Below, in pieces: positions 1 through 9,781 of a stretch of 64,000 bases of DNA (positions are counted from its first letter, which is position 1; every line of letters starts with the position of its first letter). A program made the position numbers and the translations under genes. Source of the DNA: an uncultured Candidatus Saccharibacteria bacterium (lineage in GTDB: Bacteria; Patescibacteriota; Minisyncoccia; Phycocordibacterales; EsbW-18); NCBI GenBank assembly GCA_964447415.1, contig CAYUSN010000001.1:185727-249726 (forward strand). Reading direction: 5' to 3'. The notes under the pieces were generated by a model. It was not told the DNA's origin, searched no databases, and saw only the letters and a program-made list of their open reading frames with translations.

Positions 1-31
1 ACACCGTCGCTTGCACTTGCATAACTTTTCT

Positions 32-418
32 ATGGACCAACCATCACAATTAAAAATTCTCATGGTCGACGATGACCAGTTTCTTATCTCGCTGTACAAG
101 AAAAAAGGGGAGACGAGCGGTATTGAATTGCGGACCGCAACGTCGGGACAGGAGGCACTCGATATTCTGAAAAGCGGATTTGCACCTGATGTGGTGGCGC
201 TTGATATCACGATGGCGGGGATGAGCGGTATTGATGTGCTCAAGTACATGCGTTCAAACAAACTCGCGCCGGAGGCAAGCGTGGCCATTCTTTCCAACAC
301 CGCCGACGAGACCGTGATGAACGAGGCGAAGTCGCTCGGTGCGGACAAATTTATCTTCAAGGCGTCACTTCTGCCGTCGCAGGTGTTTGACGAACTGCTC
401 TCGATTGTGAAGAAATAA
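32..418 (+). CDS. Single-domain response regulator (CheY-like receiver)
   Basis: KILMVDDD...LDITMAGMSGIDVL...GADKFIFK receiver motifs; start taken at ATG 32. Confidence 0.9.
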   Translation: MDQPSQLKILMVDDDQFLISLYKKKGETSGIELRTATSGQEALDILKSGFAPDVVALDITMAGMSGIDVLKYMRSNKLAPEASVAILSNTADETVMNEAKSLGADKFIFKASLLPSQVFDELLSIVKK

Positions 419-440
419 CAACTGCTTGGAAAAAAGAAAC

Positions 441-467
441 GCCCCGCACGCAAATGCCGTGCGGGGC
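441..467. terminator. GC hairpin between convergent genes
   Basis: gccccgcacg-caaatgc-cgtgcggggc, with an A-run upstream (T-run on minus strand). Confidence 0.65.
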
Positions 468-487
468 GTTTCGCGTGCGGGGCGGGG

Positions 488-1330
488 TCATTGCGCAACA
501 CTGCTCTTCGGTCGCCGTTTCTTGGCGCGAAGGGCGAGCTCGTCGAGCCACCCGATGAAGCGGGGCGTCGGCGGCGTAAACGTCGTCGGGATGGCAACGC
601 TTCCGTGCGGGTAGAGCGTCTCGGAGCGTACGTACGTGCCGAAGACCCAGTCGGGAATCGGCAGTCCGAAGAATCCGGAGACGGACTCATTGGACAGCAC
701 ATTGGCGTGGTGACGGAGATGAAATCCGTACACCTGCTTCCAGAACGCGCCGTACTTCGGGTGTTCCAGCAGCGGCAGCCACTTCTCAAGCGGTTTGTGC
801 TCGAGCATGTGGAAGATCTCGTACATGAGCATGTTGCAGGTGATTCCCACGATGCCCCCGAGGAACACGGGAGCCGACGGCAGGAGCCACTGCACCAGCG
901 CGTACACCGGAGAAAGTACGCCGGTGAGCACCACGAGTGTGTACCACGGGAAGAACGATGCTTCGTGCTGCGGATCCTCGAGGATGGGGTAGATGTTTTC
1001 CACCCGTCCTGCCTCCGTGGAGGAGACCACACGCTTCATGCGCACGCGCGTGAGCGCGTGGTGGAGCGTGTGCTGCCGATAGAAGTACGACAGGAAGGGG
1101 ACGAGCGGCGCGTGGAGCACGTAGCGGTGGAAGAAGAACTCCACGAAGGCGTTTGCGAAGACCGCGACGCATACCGCCGCAAGCTGCGCCCACCACACTG
1201 CTTCAAGCTGTGTGCGCCAGAAGTCCGGTGCGGCAAATGCCAGGAGCGTCAGCAGGAAAGCGAGTGAGAGCGTGTTGATGATGACAAAGATCGGCAGGGA
1301 AAATTTCCTGCCTGTGTATTCGCGAGGCAT
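488..1330 (-). CDS. Fatty acid hydroxylase/sterol desaturase family membrane di-iron enzyme
   Basis: His boxes FHRYVLH, HTLHH, FHMLEH, HLRHH plus TM segments; SD GGGAGG before ATG 1330. Confidence 0.8.
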   Translation of the reverse strand: MPREYTGRKFSLPIFVIINTLSLAFLLTLLAFAAPDFWRTQLEAVWWAQLAAVCVAVFANAFVEFFFHRYVLHAPLVPFLSYFYRQHTLHHALTRVRMKRVVSSTEAGRVENIYPILEDPQHEASFFPWYTLVVLTGVLSPVYALVQWLLPSAPVFLGGIVGITCNMLMYEIFHMLEHKPLEKWLPLLEHPKYGAFWKQVYGFHLRHHANVLSNESVSGFFGLPIPDWVFGTYVRSETLYPHGSVAIPTTFTPPTPRFIGWLDELALRAKKRRPKSSVAQ

Positions 1331-1439
1331 GGGAAACCTCCCTTTTTTCGCGAGCGCACTGTATGTGTGCAGGCGGGTCTGTATAGAGTGTACCACCAAG
1401 AAATACGAAACCCCGCACGCGAGAAGCCGTGCGGGGCAG

Positions 1440-1655
1440 CTACCAGACGTTGAGGATAATTCGTCCTTCGATGGTGACCTCTCTGGTTGCAAATGTCGCC
1501 GTTTCCTCCCCATTCTCTACCGTCCACGTCCCGTCGGATTCTCCGCGCAGTATTCCGAAGAATCGTGCACCAACGTGACCGGTGTCGTCGCAATTGAGGA
1601 CCTTGTAGAGAACCCGTTTCCCCACAAGGTCGGCAAGCATCTTCTCAATGTCCAT
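1440..1655 (-). CDS. Small orphan protein (71 aa)
   Basis: SD GGAGG 4 nt before ATG; downstream hairpin 1411-1436. Confidence 0.6.
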   Translation of the reverse strand: MDIEKMLADLVGKRVLYKVLNCDDTGHVGARFFGILRGESDGTWTVENGEETATFATREVTIEGRIILNVW

Positions 1656-1759
1656 ACGGCCTCCGTTCTGTGGGTGCGTGTGTCTGAGTGCATCCTCTCA
1701 TATGGGGCACATAAAAGCGAATTCACGAATTCGATTGCCCCAAGTGGTATGATGACATC

Positions 1760-2206
1760 ATGGCTCCATTGGTACAGAACAAAAAAGCCCTGCGCGATTA
1801 CGCCGTTCTCGAAACCTTCGAGGCGGGTGTGGTGCTGTCGGGGCAGGAGGTGAAGTCGCTGCGCGGCGGACGCGGGGAGCTTTCGGGTGCGTACGTGGTG
1901 ATTCGCGGGGGCGAGGCGTATCTCGTCGGCGCAACCATTCCTCCGTATCAGCCGAACAACACTCCGAAAGACTACGAACCCGACCGGACGCGTAAACTGC
2001 TCTTATCAAAGAAAGAAATCCTCACACTGCTCAACGAGGGAGAGAAGGTGGGCTTGACAATTGTGCCTTTATCGGTGTATAATAGGAAACACAAGATAAA
2101 GATAGAAATCGCGCTTGTACGCGGAAGGAAAAAACACGACAAACGTGAGGCGCTTAAGAAGCGCGAGGCGCAGAAAGATATCAGACGTACTTTGAAAAGA
2201 GAATAG
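1760..2206 (+). CDS. smpB: SsrA-binding protein SmpB
   Basis: NKKA..DY...ETFEAGVVLSGQEVKSLR, RTRKLLL, GRKKHDKRE motifs; adjacent to tmRNA. Confidence 0.97.
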   Translation: MAPLVQNKKALRDYAVLETFEAGVVLSGQEVKSLRGGRGELSGAYVVIRGGEAYLVGATIPPYQPNNTPKDYEPDRTRKLLLSKKEILTLLNEGEKVGLTIVPLSVYNRKHKIKIEIALVRGRKKHDKREALKKREAQKDIRRTLKRE

Positions 2207-2218
2207 AAGAGGCATTCG

Positions 2219-2321
2219 CCCAGCACTTATTTTGCTGAATATCGGAAAAAAAATTTTTCGTGCAGGTTTTTCATACTTCTCTGAATTGATACACAGAGAA
2301 AAATGCAAAATAAGTGCTGGG
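2219..2321. repeat. CCAGCACT-family inverted repeat (17-bp arms)
   Basis: CCCAGCACTTATTTTGC 2219-2235 / GCAAAATAAGTGCTGGG 2305-2321. Confidence 0.8.
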
Positions 2322-2704
2322 GGGATGCCTCGTTTCGACAATGTGATGACTGTGGTACGTGCGTTATGGAAGGGTGTCGCCTTCCTTAAAACGACACACA
2401 CATAACTGCAAAATCAGCAGTACAAAGTCCGTACTTTACAGCACGTGACTTCGCGTTCGCTCTTGCATAAAGACGCCTCGCGACATCTCGTTCGTCCCTG
2501 ATTGAGGGGCGGATGACGGTGTAAACCATTCAATCTTACGAACAGCGGACTGACTCCGACGCGGTTCGGACACTAAGCGGATCTGGCGCGCTTTCGTTTC
2601 GCACATCTTTTAGTGAGCGCGTGAGACTTCAAGATGACGCTAGATAACGTAGATTCGTACAACATCGCATATTGGACGTGGTTTCAACACCACCATCTCC
2701 ACCA
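2321..2704 (+). ncRNA. ssrA: tmRNA; tag peptide AKSAVQSPYFTARDFAFALA (2408-2470)
   Basis: GGGGATG...CATCTCCACCA acceptor stem with G3-U; pk1 2368-2397; ATAACT-GCA resume context; tag ends ALA-TAA. Confidence 0.95.
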
Positions 2705-2711
2705 TAAACAG

Positions 2712-2737
2712 AAAAAACCGCCTTCGGGCGGTTTTTT
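2712..2737 (+). terminator. Intrinsic terminator after tmRNA
   Basis: aaaaaaccgcc-ttcg-ggcggtttttt. Confidence 0.85.
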
Positions 2738-2799
2738 CGTTGACTTTTGGCGAACCAGGGACTAGAGTCTCACGCAGGTAACTTCCCAGAGGAGGGAGC

Positions 2800-3060
2800 A
2801 TGTTCCAAACCATCCTGTTGTGGGTAGGTGGGCTCGGCATCGGCATCTTCGCGTGGCTTCTGATGGAGCTGTACACCCCAGACTGGGTTTCCGACCGTGT
2901 GCTCGCAATCATCGCGGTCATCGTCTGGGTCGTGGTGGTGTGGTTCCAGCAGACCTCGGGAGCTCCACTCGGCGGATTCCTCGTGGTCTCCGGCATCTGC
3001 TGGTTCCTCGACCTGCTCGCGGGACTTTCGATATTTGTCATCGTCGGGGGCGATGACTAA
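2800..3060 (+). CDS. Orphan small membrane protein (about 3 TM), SD-led cassette
   Basis: TTGACT-17-TAGAGT promoter, SD GAGGAGG, hairpin terminator near 3080-3110. Confidence 0.7.
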   Translation: MFQTILLWVGGLGIGIFAWLLMELYTPDWVSDRVLAIIAVIVWVVVVWFQQTSGAPLGGFLVVSGICWFLDLLAGLSIFVIVGGDD

Positions 3061-3158
3061 CCAGCGCAGTCCGCGTGCCGCGCCCGCCTTCGTACGAAGG
3101 CGGGCGCGTTTCATTTTCTCTTTATTCTTTTCGGTGCTCCCTATATACTGTACGGACT

Positions 3159-5069
3159 ATGACGGATTCTCCCCGCAAAAGAGGGCCCGGACAGGGCATG
3201 CCGAAAATACCGCTTACGCCGAAGCGTTCATTTTGGACGAATGTCGGCTTCACTATTCTTCTGTTTTTACTTCTGTCGCTTCTGTACTCGGGCTTTTCAG
3301 ATATACAAAAGTCGGAAGAAATTCCCGTGTCACGCCTTGCCGCTGATGTGGTTGCGGGTACGGTGACGACAATTACCGTGCGCGGAGACAAGCTTGAAGT
3401 TACGTATACCGATGAGACGGTAAAACTTTCACAGAAAGAAACAGACGTATCGCTTGCCGAGACGCTTGCTTCATACGGTGTGACGCAGGAACAACTCGCA
3501 AGCACGTCTATTGCGATACAAAGCGAATCAGGGTTCTGGTATTGGATGCTTAATCTCGCGCCGATTATTATTCCGGTGCTGTTTATTGTATTTCTCATCT
3601 GGATGCTCTCACGGCAGGTAAAAGGTGCGGGTATGCAGGCGCTGAACTTCGGACAGTCGCGTGCGCGGTTCTTTGACCCGAAGGATAAACAAAAAGTGAC
3701 GTTCAAAGACGTTGCGGGTGTCAAAGAAGCGAAAGAAGAACTGCTTGAAATCGTGGACTTCCTCAAAAATCCGAAAAAGTTTCTCAAAATCGGCGCGCAG
3801 ATTCCGAAGGGCGTGCTGTTGATGGGTTCTCCGGGGACGGGGAAGACCCTGTTGGCGCGCGCGGTTGCAGGCGAAGCCAATGTGCCGTTTTTCTCCATCT
3901 CAGGTTCTGAGTTTGTGGAGATGTTTGTCGGTGTGGGCGCGTCGCGCGTGCGCGACTTGTTTCAGACGGTCAAAAAGGCCGCGCCCGCCATCATTTTTAT
4001 AGACGAGATTGACGCGGTCGGTCGCGTGCGCGGTGCGGGACTGGGAGGCGGCAACGACGAGCGCGAACAGACACTCAACCAGATTCTTGTGGAGATGGAC
4101 GGGTTTGAACCGCATCAGGAAGTCATTGTGATGGCGGCGACAAACCGTCCCGATGTGCTGGACCCGGCGCTGTTGCGCCCCGGACGCTTTGACCGGCGCG
4201 TACGCTTGGATTTGCCCGACCGCGCGGACCGCGAGGCGATTCTTGCCGTGCACTCAAAAGAAAAACCGCTCGCCGAAGACGTGAATCTCAAAGTGGTTGC
4301 GGAGCGTACGCCCGGATTCTCAGGGGCTGACCTGCAGTCGCTTACCAATGAAGCGGCGATTTTGGCGGCACGCGAAAACCGCAGTAAGGTGTCGCAATTT
4401 GATTTGGTGCGCTCCATTGAAAAAGTAATGCTCGGACCGGAACGCAGAAGCCACATTCTCTCTGAACGCGAGAAAAAAATCACTGCATACCACGAAGCGG
4501 GACATGCACTCGTTGCATCCGTCCTGCCGAATGCCGACCCGATACATAAAGTATCCATCATCGCGCGCGGCCACGCCGGCGGCTACACGCTCTCGTTGCC
4601 GCTTGAAGAGAAGCGTCTGCTTTCCAAAAAAGAATTCGTCGATCGTTTGGCGATGATTCTTGGCGGATACGCTGCTGAGCAGGAAATTTTCGGCGATGTG
4701 ACAACGGGTCCGTCCAATGATTTACAGGTAGCAAGTGCTCTTGCGCGCGACATGGTTGCTCGCTACGGCATGTCGAAAAAAGTCGGGCCGGTGGCGTTCC
4801 ATGATGACGAAGTACACGCGGCTGCAGGCGGTATGATTGTAGAGGGCAAGGAGTACTCGGAGAAAGTCGCGGCTCTTATTGACGAAGAGGTCCGTGAGTT
4901 TGTGGACACCGCGCTTTCGGAGGCGACGGCAGTTCTCAAAAAACACCGTCCGGCGCTCGAGGCGATTGTGGCGCACTTGCTTGAGAAAGAAACCATCGAG
5001 CAAATCGAGTTTGAGGCGCTTTTGCGCGCGCACGGGATTGCCGTGAAAAGCGTGGAGAAGAAGGTATAA
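3159..5069 (+). CDS. ftsH: ATP-dependent zinc metalloprotease FtsH
   Basis: Two [10 protein letters not shown] Walker [26 protein letters not shown]. Confidence 0.98.
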   Translation: MTDSPRKRGPGQGMPKIPLTPKRSFWTNVGFTILLFLLLSLLYSGFSDIQKSEEIPVSRLAADVVAGTVTTITVRGDKLEVTYTDETVKLSQKETDVSLAETLASYGVTQEQLASTSIAIQSESGFWYWMLNLAPIIIPVLFIVFLIWMLSRQVKGAGMQALNFGQSRARFFDPKDKQKVTFKDVAGVKEAKEELLEIVDFLKNPKKFLKIGAQIPKGVLLMGSPGTGKTLLARAVAGEANVPFFSISGSEFVEMFVGVGASRVRDLFQTVKKAAPAIIFIDEIDAVGRVRGAGLGGGNDEREQTLNQILVEMDGFEPHQEVIVMAATNRPDVLDPALLRPGRFDRRVRLDLPDRADREAILAVHSKEKPLAEDVNLKVVAERTPGFSGADLQSLTNEAAILAARENRSKVSQFDLVRSIEKVMLGPERRSHILSEREKKITAYHEAGHALVASVLPNADPIHKVSIIARGHAGGYTLSLPLEEKRLLSKKEFVDRLAMILGGYAAEQEIFGDVTTGPSNDLQVASALARDMVARYGMSKKVGPVAFHDDEVHAAAGGMIVEGKEYSEKVAALIDEEVREFVDTALSEATAVLKKHRPALEAIVAHLLEKETIEQIEFEALLRAHGIAVKSVEKKV

Positions 5070-5103
5070 TAAGTCTCATATTATTTCATAACCTAAATAC
5101 CCT

Positions 5104-5454
5104 ATGTTTGAAATCTTTAAAAGACGAAGTGATGAAGGAATTACCGCAAAAGATGTAGTACCCGAAATTGCAACACCGCAGGAGCCGGTACGGGCAGAAG
5201 GCGAACGTTTCGGACGCATTAAGGCGGGTATAGAAAAAATTATGGAAGACGGGCCCGGTTTTTCAGTGCAAGACATGCTCGGGCGCCAGGACTTTTTTGC
5301 GGAGAAGCTTGTTGAAAACAAAATACTTTCTCCGCAAGATATCGGATTCCCCGGAATTATGAATGAAATTGTAGAAGCTGCCCGTGAAGTTTCTAAAGGG
5401 GGTGTTGAAAGTGTTGGCCGTGACCCGAACTGGAAAAAGGAAAAATCCGCGTAG
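5104..5454 (+). CDS. Hypothetical protein (116 aa)
   Basis: Clean ORF with native-like codon usage after ftsH. Confidence 0.55.
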   Translation: MFEIFKRRSDEGITAKDVVPEIATPQEPVRAEGERFGRIKAGIEKIMEDGPGFSVQDMLGRQDFFAEKLVENKILSPQDIGFPGIMNEIVEAAREVSKGGVESVGRDPNWKKEKSA

Positions 5455-5525
5455 TTATTGACTTTTTTGGAACAATCTGGTACATTTGCAACCAGTAGCG
5501 GTACCTTACCCTCATGAGGTGAACT

Positions 5526-5789
5526 ATGGCTCTCGGTGCCAAATCGGACCGTCGTGGCCTTCACCTTGTGAAGGCCGGCAGTTTCCTGCTCCAAAACCCG
5601 TTGTCGCCGGATGCCCAGAAGGTTCGAAGGGCACTCAACCGGTTCGGCGTTACCACGGAGGACATGCGCCAAGCATATCTCGTTCTTCTCGAACTGGATT
5701 GCCTGCCGGACGGATCGGCGGAACGGTTCCTTTTCGGAGGTCTTCGCGAACTCGAAGAGAGAGCCGGTGGCCACATCGTGGAGCTCTGA
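5526..5789 (+). CDS. Orphan protein (87 aa), SD-led cassette
   Basis: TTGACT(5458)-17-TACATT(5481) promoter; SD GAGGTG. Confidence 0.6.
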   Translation: MALGAKSDRRGLHLVKAGSFLLQNPLSPDAQKVRRALNRFGVTTEDMRQAYLVLLELDCLPDGSAERFLFGGLRELEERAGGHIVEL

Positions 5790-5842
5790 GGAGCTCCGAC
5801 ACGCAGTAAAGCAGGCGATTCCATCGCCTGCTGCATCATTTC

Positions 5843-6157
5843 ATGACCACCCCTAAAAAATTTCAACGCACAAAGGAGGACTTCACCTGCGGAGAGTGCG
5901 GTTTTTTTGTACACGGAAACGGATACACCAACCACTGCCCGAAATGTCTCTGGAGCAAACATGTGGACGTGCGTCCCGGTGATCGGCGTGCAACATGCCA
6001 CGGACTTATGGAACCCGTCAGTGTGGAACTCCGCGGAGGAGACCATGTGATTGTACACCGATGTGTCCGCTGCGGTTTTGAAAAACGAAACAAGACGGAA
6101 AAGGGTGATGATTTCAACGTCATCGTGCAGCTTTCAAGCAACCCGACAAAACACTAA
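5843..6157 (+). CDS. RNHCP domain zinc-binding protein
   Basis: FTCGECG...TNHCPKCLWSKHVD..PGDR...C.GLM.P...HRC..CG. Confidence 0.9.
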   Translation: MTTPKKFQRTKEDFTCGECGFFVHGNGYTNHCPKCLWSKHVDVRPGDRRATCHGLMEPVSVELRGGDHVIVHRCVRCGFEKRNKTEKGDDFNVIVQLSSNPTKH

Positions 6158-6159
6158 TA

Positions 6160-7347
6160 CTAGTGTGCCTCCGCTTGTATGATGCGGTCCAGTGCTACAA
6201 GCGCGGAGATGTTGTGCTGTACGTAGTCAATGCGGATGTCGTACTCATCAAGACTTTCGTGAAATCCGCCGAAGCCCGCGCGCGCGGCGTTTAGCTCACG
6301 GAGTTTTTGTCCGGTGAACTGCGTCTTTATTTGAAATACAGCGGCACTTTCCATGGCAAAGCGCGCGGCGGCGGCGTAGAGGTCGTCGCCGTTTCTTTTG
6401 AAAATATAATATGCGGCGCCGAGTCCTTCCGCGCGCGTGGCGGTCGGTGTGGAGCGCGGAGGATTGTAAAATCCGCCGTTCCAGTCACGTTGATCACCCG
6501 TTTTTCCCGAGTGCTGGGTCGAGAGGATAGATTCGGCGGTCCGTTTTGCGTGCGTGAAATAGAGGTCTTCCGGCTGATGCGCGTACAGTTCATTGAGTGC
6601 GTAGAGAAGCCAGTGGTCGTGGATGAGATCTTTCGTCGGCACGTCTTTGTCGCGCACTTCAATGAGCCAATGTGCGCCGAGATGCGCCGCGTCAATCCAC
6701 TGTTCGTCGCCGTCCACCGCATAGAGGCGCGCAAGCGCGAACAGCGCCTCGCCCGGATAGTATTCCGATTCAAAATCGGTGCGCGCGCCGGTGTCCGCGG
6801 TGATTTTATGCACCGAAAACTCGCCGTTGTGTGTTTGTACGTTCGTCAGGAATGTCGCAAGTTTTTGTGCAAGCGATACGTACTCCGATGCGGCATCCGG
6901 CGCGCCGAGAGCGCGCATCAGCGCGGCGTACTTGGAGAGCGCAAGCACCGCAAGCGCATTACCGCCGAGTTTTATTTCATTGTCTTCTTCAACGCACAGC
7001 GCGTCGGACATGCCGGGACACTCAACCACATGGTCGGTGAGAAATACCAACGCGCGCTCCGCCGCCCGCAGATACTTTTGTTTACCGGTCGCTTCGTAGA
7101 GTTCAAGAAGCGCGTAGGTCGTGCCCGCGTGACGAAGGATGTTGTATGAAGAGGAAGTTTTTCCGGTGACGGGATTGTACTGATACACAAACGAACCGTC
7201 AGTATTCGTGTGGCGTACGAGATAGTCGCCACCGAGTTGTGCTGATCTCAAGTAGGTACTCTCACGCGCGGAAAACCACCACACACCTGCAGAAAGCAGG
7301 AGAACGCCGACAACAATCAGTGCTATACCACGCTGTTTTTTCATCAT
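6160..7347 (-). CDS. Membrane-anchored alpha/alpha-toroid family protein
   Basis: N-terminal TM; YNILRHAGT, KLGGNAL, YYPGEALFAL, RIDYVQH motifs; start shifted outside the tRNA. Confidence 0.65.
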   Translation of the reverse strand: MMKKQRGIALIVVGVLLLSAGVWWFSARESTYLRSAQLGGDYLVRHTNTDGSFVYQYNPVTGKTSSSYNILRHAGTTYALLELYEATGKQKYLRAAERALVFLTDHVVECPGMSDALCVEEDNEIKLGGNALAVLALSKYAALMRALGAPDAASEYVSLAQKLATFLTNVQTHNGEFSVHKITADTGARTDFESEYYPGEALFALARLYAVDGDEQWIDAAHLGAHWLIEVRDKDVPTKDLIHDHWLLYALNELYAHQPEDLYFTHAKRTAESILSTQHSGKTGDQRDWNGGFYNPPRSTPTATRAEGLGAAYYIFKRNGDDLYAAAARFAMESAAVFQIKTQFTGQKLRELNAARAGFGGFHESLDEYDIRIDYVQHNISALVALDRIIQAEAH

Positions 7348-7352
7348 ATATG

Positions 7353-7424
7353 TGGGCATGCTAGGATTCGAACCTAGAACCGGCCGTGTATAAGACGGCT
7401 GCTCTACCGTTGAGCTACATGCCC
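7353..7424 (-). tRNA. tRNA-Ile(UAU)
   Basis: GGGCATG/CATGCCC acceptor; anticodon arm GCCGT-CTTATAC-ACGGC; T-loop TTCGAAT. Confidence 0.9.
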
Positions 7425-7478
7425 GAAGATACCTACGTCATTGTGATATCGCCGGCACTTAATTGCAACTTGAGAGGC

Positions 7479-7510
7479 GCAAAAAATCCCCAGGTATCGG
7501 GGATTTTTTG
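7479..7510. terminator. Bidirectional terminator
   Basis: caaaaaatcccc-aggtatc-ggggattttttg. Confidence 0.75.
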
Positions 7511-7512
7511 TG

Positions 7513-7635
7513 CTACATTTTCTTGTTCTTCTGAATCCAAACCCAGAGTGCGTAGCCGACAAGCGCGAGGTCGACGAACACAAGTAGCTGCATGAGCCAC
7601 ATGAACCCGTAGCTGCCCCCAAAGTATCCCATCAT
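7513..7635 (-). CDS. 40-aa single-TM protein MMGYFGGSYGFMWLMQLLVFVDLALVGYALWVWIQKNKKM
   Basis: Below ORF-track cutoff; hydrophobic core with basic tail; followed by a terminator. Confidence 0.65.
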   Translation of the reverse strand: MMGYFGGSYGFMWLMQLLVFVDLALVGYALWVWIQKNKKM

Positions 7636-7662
7636 AGGTAGTGTGTGTTAAAAGGGGTAAAC

Positions 7663-7685
7663 CCAGCACTTTAACAAAGTGCTGG
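7663..7685. repeat. CCAGCACT-family mini hairpin
   Basis: CCAGCACTTT-aac-AAAGTGCTGG. Confidence 0.7.
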
Positions 7686-7747
7686 ACACGCGACCTTTCT
7701 GTTCCCATTCTAGCGTAACCTTTGTACAATAGGAACACATTCTCCAT

Positions 7748-8290
7748 ATGAACGTTCCATTACAATGGCAAAAAGGACTCCGGGACGCCCTCGTCCGAGC
7801 CGGGCAGGGAGATGAAGGCGCGTATCGTGCGGTGTATGACCACCTCATTGACCGCGTGTTTACCTTTGTCCGAGCCCGAGCCCGTTCACGTGAGGAAGCA
7901 ATCGACATCGTTCAAGATGTGTTTGTTGACCTCTGGGGGGCACTGCCGAATTTCCGGTATATGTCAGATGCGCATTTTTACAGTTTCGTTTTTACTATTG
8001 CGAAACGAAAGCTCATCCGGCACTACAACACGCGTACGCACGATTCACTCGATGATATCGATATACACGTTCATCCGAGTGTTGATGCGGACGTGCGCGA
8101 CCCGGACGGCGTGCGTGTGCTAGTAGCACAACTGCCTGAAAAATACCGCGACGTGGTGGAATTGCGTTACTGGTCAGGTCTCTCGTTTGCCGAAATCGGG
8201 CAACAGTTGGGACTTACCGAGAACAACGCGAAGGTTCGCCATCACCGTGCTATGAAGGAATTGGAACGTCTTATACACAACCATGCGTAA
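7748..8290 (+). CDS. ECF-type RNA polymerase sigma factor
   Basis: Region 2 (EAIDIVQDVF..LW) and region 4 (LPEKYRDVVELRY.SGLSFAEIG...KVRHHRA). Confidence 0.92.
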   Translation: MNVPLQWQKGLRDALVRAGQGDEGAYRAVYDHLIDRVFTFVRARARSREEAIDIVQDVFVDLWGALPNFRYMSDAHFYSFVFTIAKRKLIRHYNTRTHDSLDDIDIHVHPSVDADVRDPDGVRVLVAQLPEKYRDVVELRYWSGLSFAEIGQQLGLTENNAKVRHHRAMKELERLIHNHA

Positions 8291-9653
8291 CGAACGCACC
8301 ACAGCAGAAAACAGTCTCGAAAAAATCTCCGTAGAACGTCTCTCCGGAGAAGAGCGGGAGCACCTGTGGAGCTCCGTTACAACGGCGCACGCGCGTACCC
8401 CGCGCGTCATCCCATCCCCGTACAGCGGATGGATTATCAGCAGAGTTACTCATTCATATTCTATGATTACAGCAGCAATTGCACTTATGCTCGCGCTTTC
8501 AGCGGGAGCAACCGTAGTCGCCGCGGACGATTCCCGTCCCGGTGACGCATTATTCGCTATCGACCGCGCAACGGAAAATATTCGTATTGTGTTTGCGGGC
8601 GACGACAAAAAAGATGAACTCCGTGTCCGTTTTGCAGAAGAACGGGCGGCGGAAGTTGAATCCATTATTGATGAAGAAGGGGAGCGCGTGCGGCTCTCCA
8701 TGGAGGTTCGGGCAAAATCCTCCGGTGATGCTGCGCCCGAAGCGGCGCTGATGGCGGTTTCCTCAGATGACAGCGATGATACATCTGGCGACAATGATGA
8801 TCGCGACGACTCAGATGACGATGGCGATTCAGATGATGACGGCAACGAGCGCATTGCAAACGGTCTCTCGGTTGCAATCGGCTATCTCACGGAAGTATCA
8901 GCGGAGCTTGAAGCAAAAGGAAACATACAGGCAAAAGAGTCGGTTGACGCGGTTATTGCGCGCCTGAACTCAAAAATCGGTGAGATACCGGAAGAACTCC
9001 GTGTTCGTCTGCGGCTCGACAACGACGGTGATGACGACAAGATTCGTGTTCGCGTACGCACCGAAGGAGAAGGTGATGATGACGACGACGTCGAGGTTCG
9101 CGGAGACGGCGTACGGACGAAGGTGGAGTTCAGGAACGGTGAAATCAGAATTGAAAGCAGGATGGATGACGATTCAGACGATGACTCAGATGATGACGAT
9201 TCCTCAAGTGCCGAACTTGAAATTGAAGCGGACGTGTTCACCGACAAGACAATCGTCAAAGTTGAACGCAACGGTATTAAAGAACTCTTTACCACGACGG
9301 CAAAAACTCGCGCAGAGGTTGTGGCGGCAATTGCCGTGAAGTTCGGTATGACCGAAGCAGAAGTTGATGCGGTGCTTGATTTTGAAATTGAAAATCGCGC
9401 AAGTGTCCAAAATGATCTGTTCTTCTCCGGTTCAAGCGAAAGCGGTTCCGACGACAACAATACCGATGATTCTGAGGGAAGCAAGAGCGGCTCGGGGAGC
9501 GGACTTGGAGGCGGTCTTCTCGGAGGATTGCTCGGTGATGATTCAGATGACGATTCGGATGACGATGACGACTCAGATGATGATTCCGACGATGATGATG
9601 ACGATGATGACGATTTGGATGACGACGATGATGATGAAGAAGACGACGACTAA
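8283..9653 (+). CDS. Putative anti-sigma/DUF5667-like membrane protein with Asp-rich tracts
   Basis: Overlaps the ECF gene; TM then SRPGDALFAIDRATENI...FAEERAAE; poly-Asp C-terminus. Confidence 0.7.
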   Translation: MRNERTTAENSLEKISVERLSGEEREHLWSSVTTAHARTPRVIPSPYSGWIISRVTHSYSMITAAIALMLALSAGATVVAADDSRPGDALFAIDRATENIRIVFAGDDKKDELRVRFAEERAAEVESIIDEEGERVRLSMEVRAKSSGDAAPEAALMAVSSDDSDDTSGDNDDRDDSDDDGDSDDDGNERIANGLSVAIGYLTEVSAELEAKGNIQAKESVDAVIARLNSKIGEIPEELRVRLRLDNDGDDDKIRVRVRTEGEGDDDDDVEVRGDGVRTKVEFRNGEIRIESRMDDDSDDDSDDDDSSSAELEIEADVFTDKTIVKVERNGIKELFTTTAKTRAEVVAAIAVKFGMTEAEVDAVLDFEIENRASVQNDLFFSGSSESGSDDNNTDDSEGSKSGSGSGLGGGLLGGLLGDDSDDDSDDDDDSDDDSDDDDDDDDDLDDDDDDEEDDD

Positions 9654-9667
9654 TTATTAAAAACTGA

Positions 9668-9706
9668 AAAAACCCTCTCTAGTTCGCGCGAATTAGAGAG
9701 GGTTTT
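9668..9706. terminator. Bidirectional terminator
   Basis: aaaaaccctctctagttc...gaattagagagggttttt. Confidence 0.75.
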
Positions 9707-9781
9707 TATGTTAAAAGTAAAAACAAAACCGCGTCTACCCATGCGGGCGGACGCGGCGGTGGAAAAAGCCGGGGGTTCAGC

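Noticed and set aside
491-1267. 258-aa plus-strand ORF
   Set aside because: Antisense shadow of the GC-rich hydroxylase gene
2740-3110. SD cassettes as integron gene cassettes
   Set aside because: No attC-like GTTRRRY/RYYYAAC boundaries or integrase seen; the units have their own promoters and are dispersed
9530-9650. GATGAC microsatellite as a contingency locus
   Set aside because: Explained by poly-Asp coding with mixed codons
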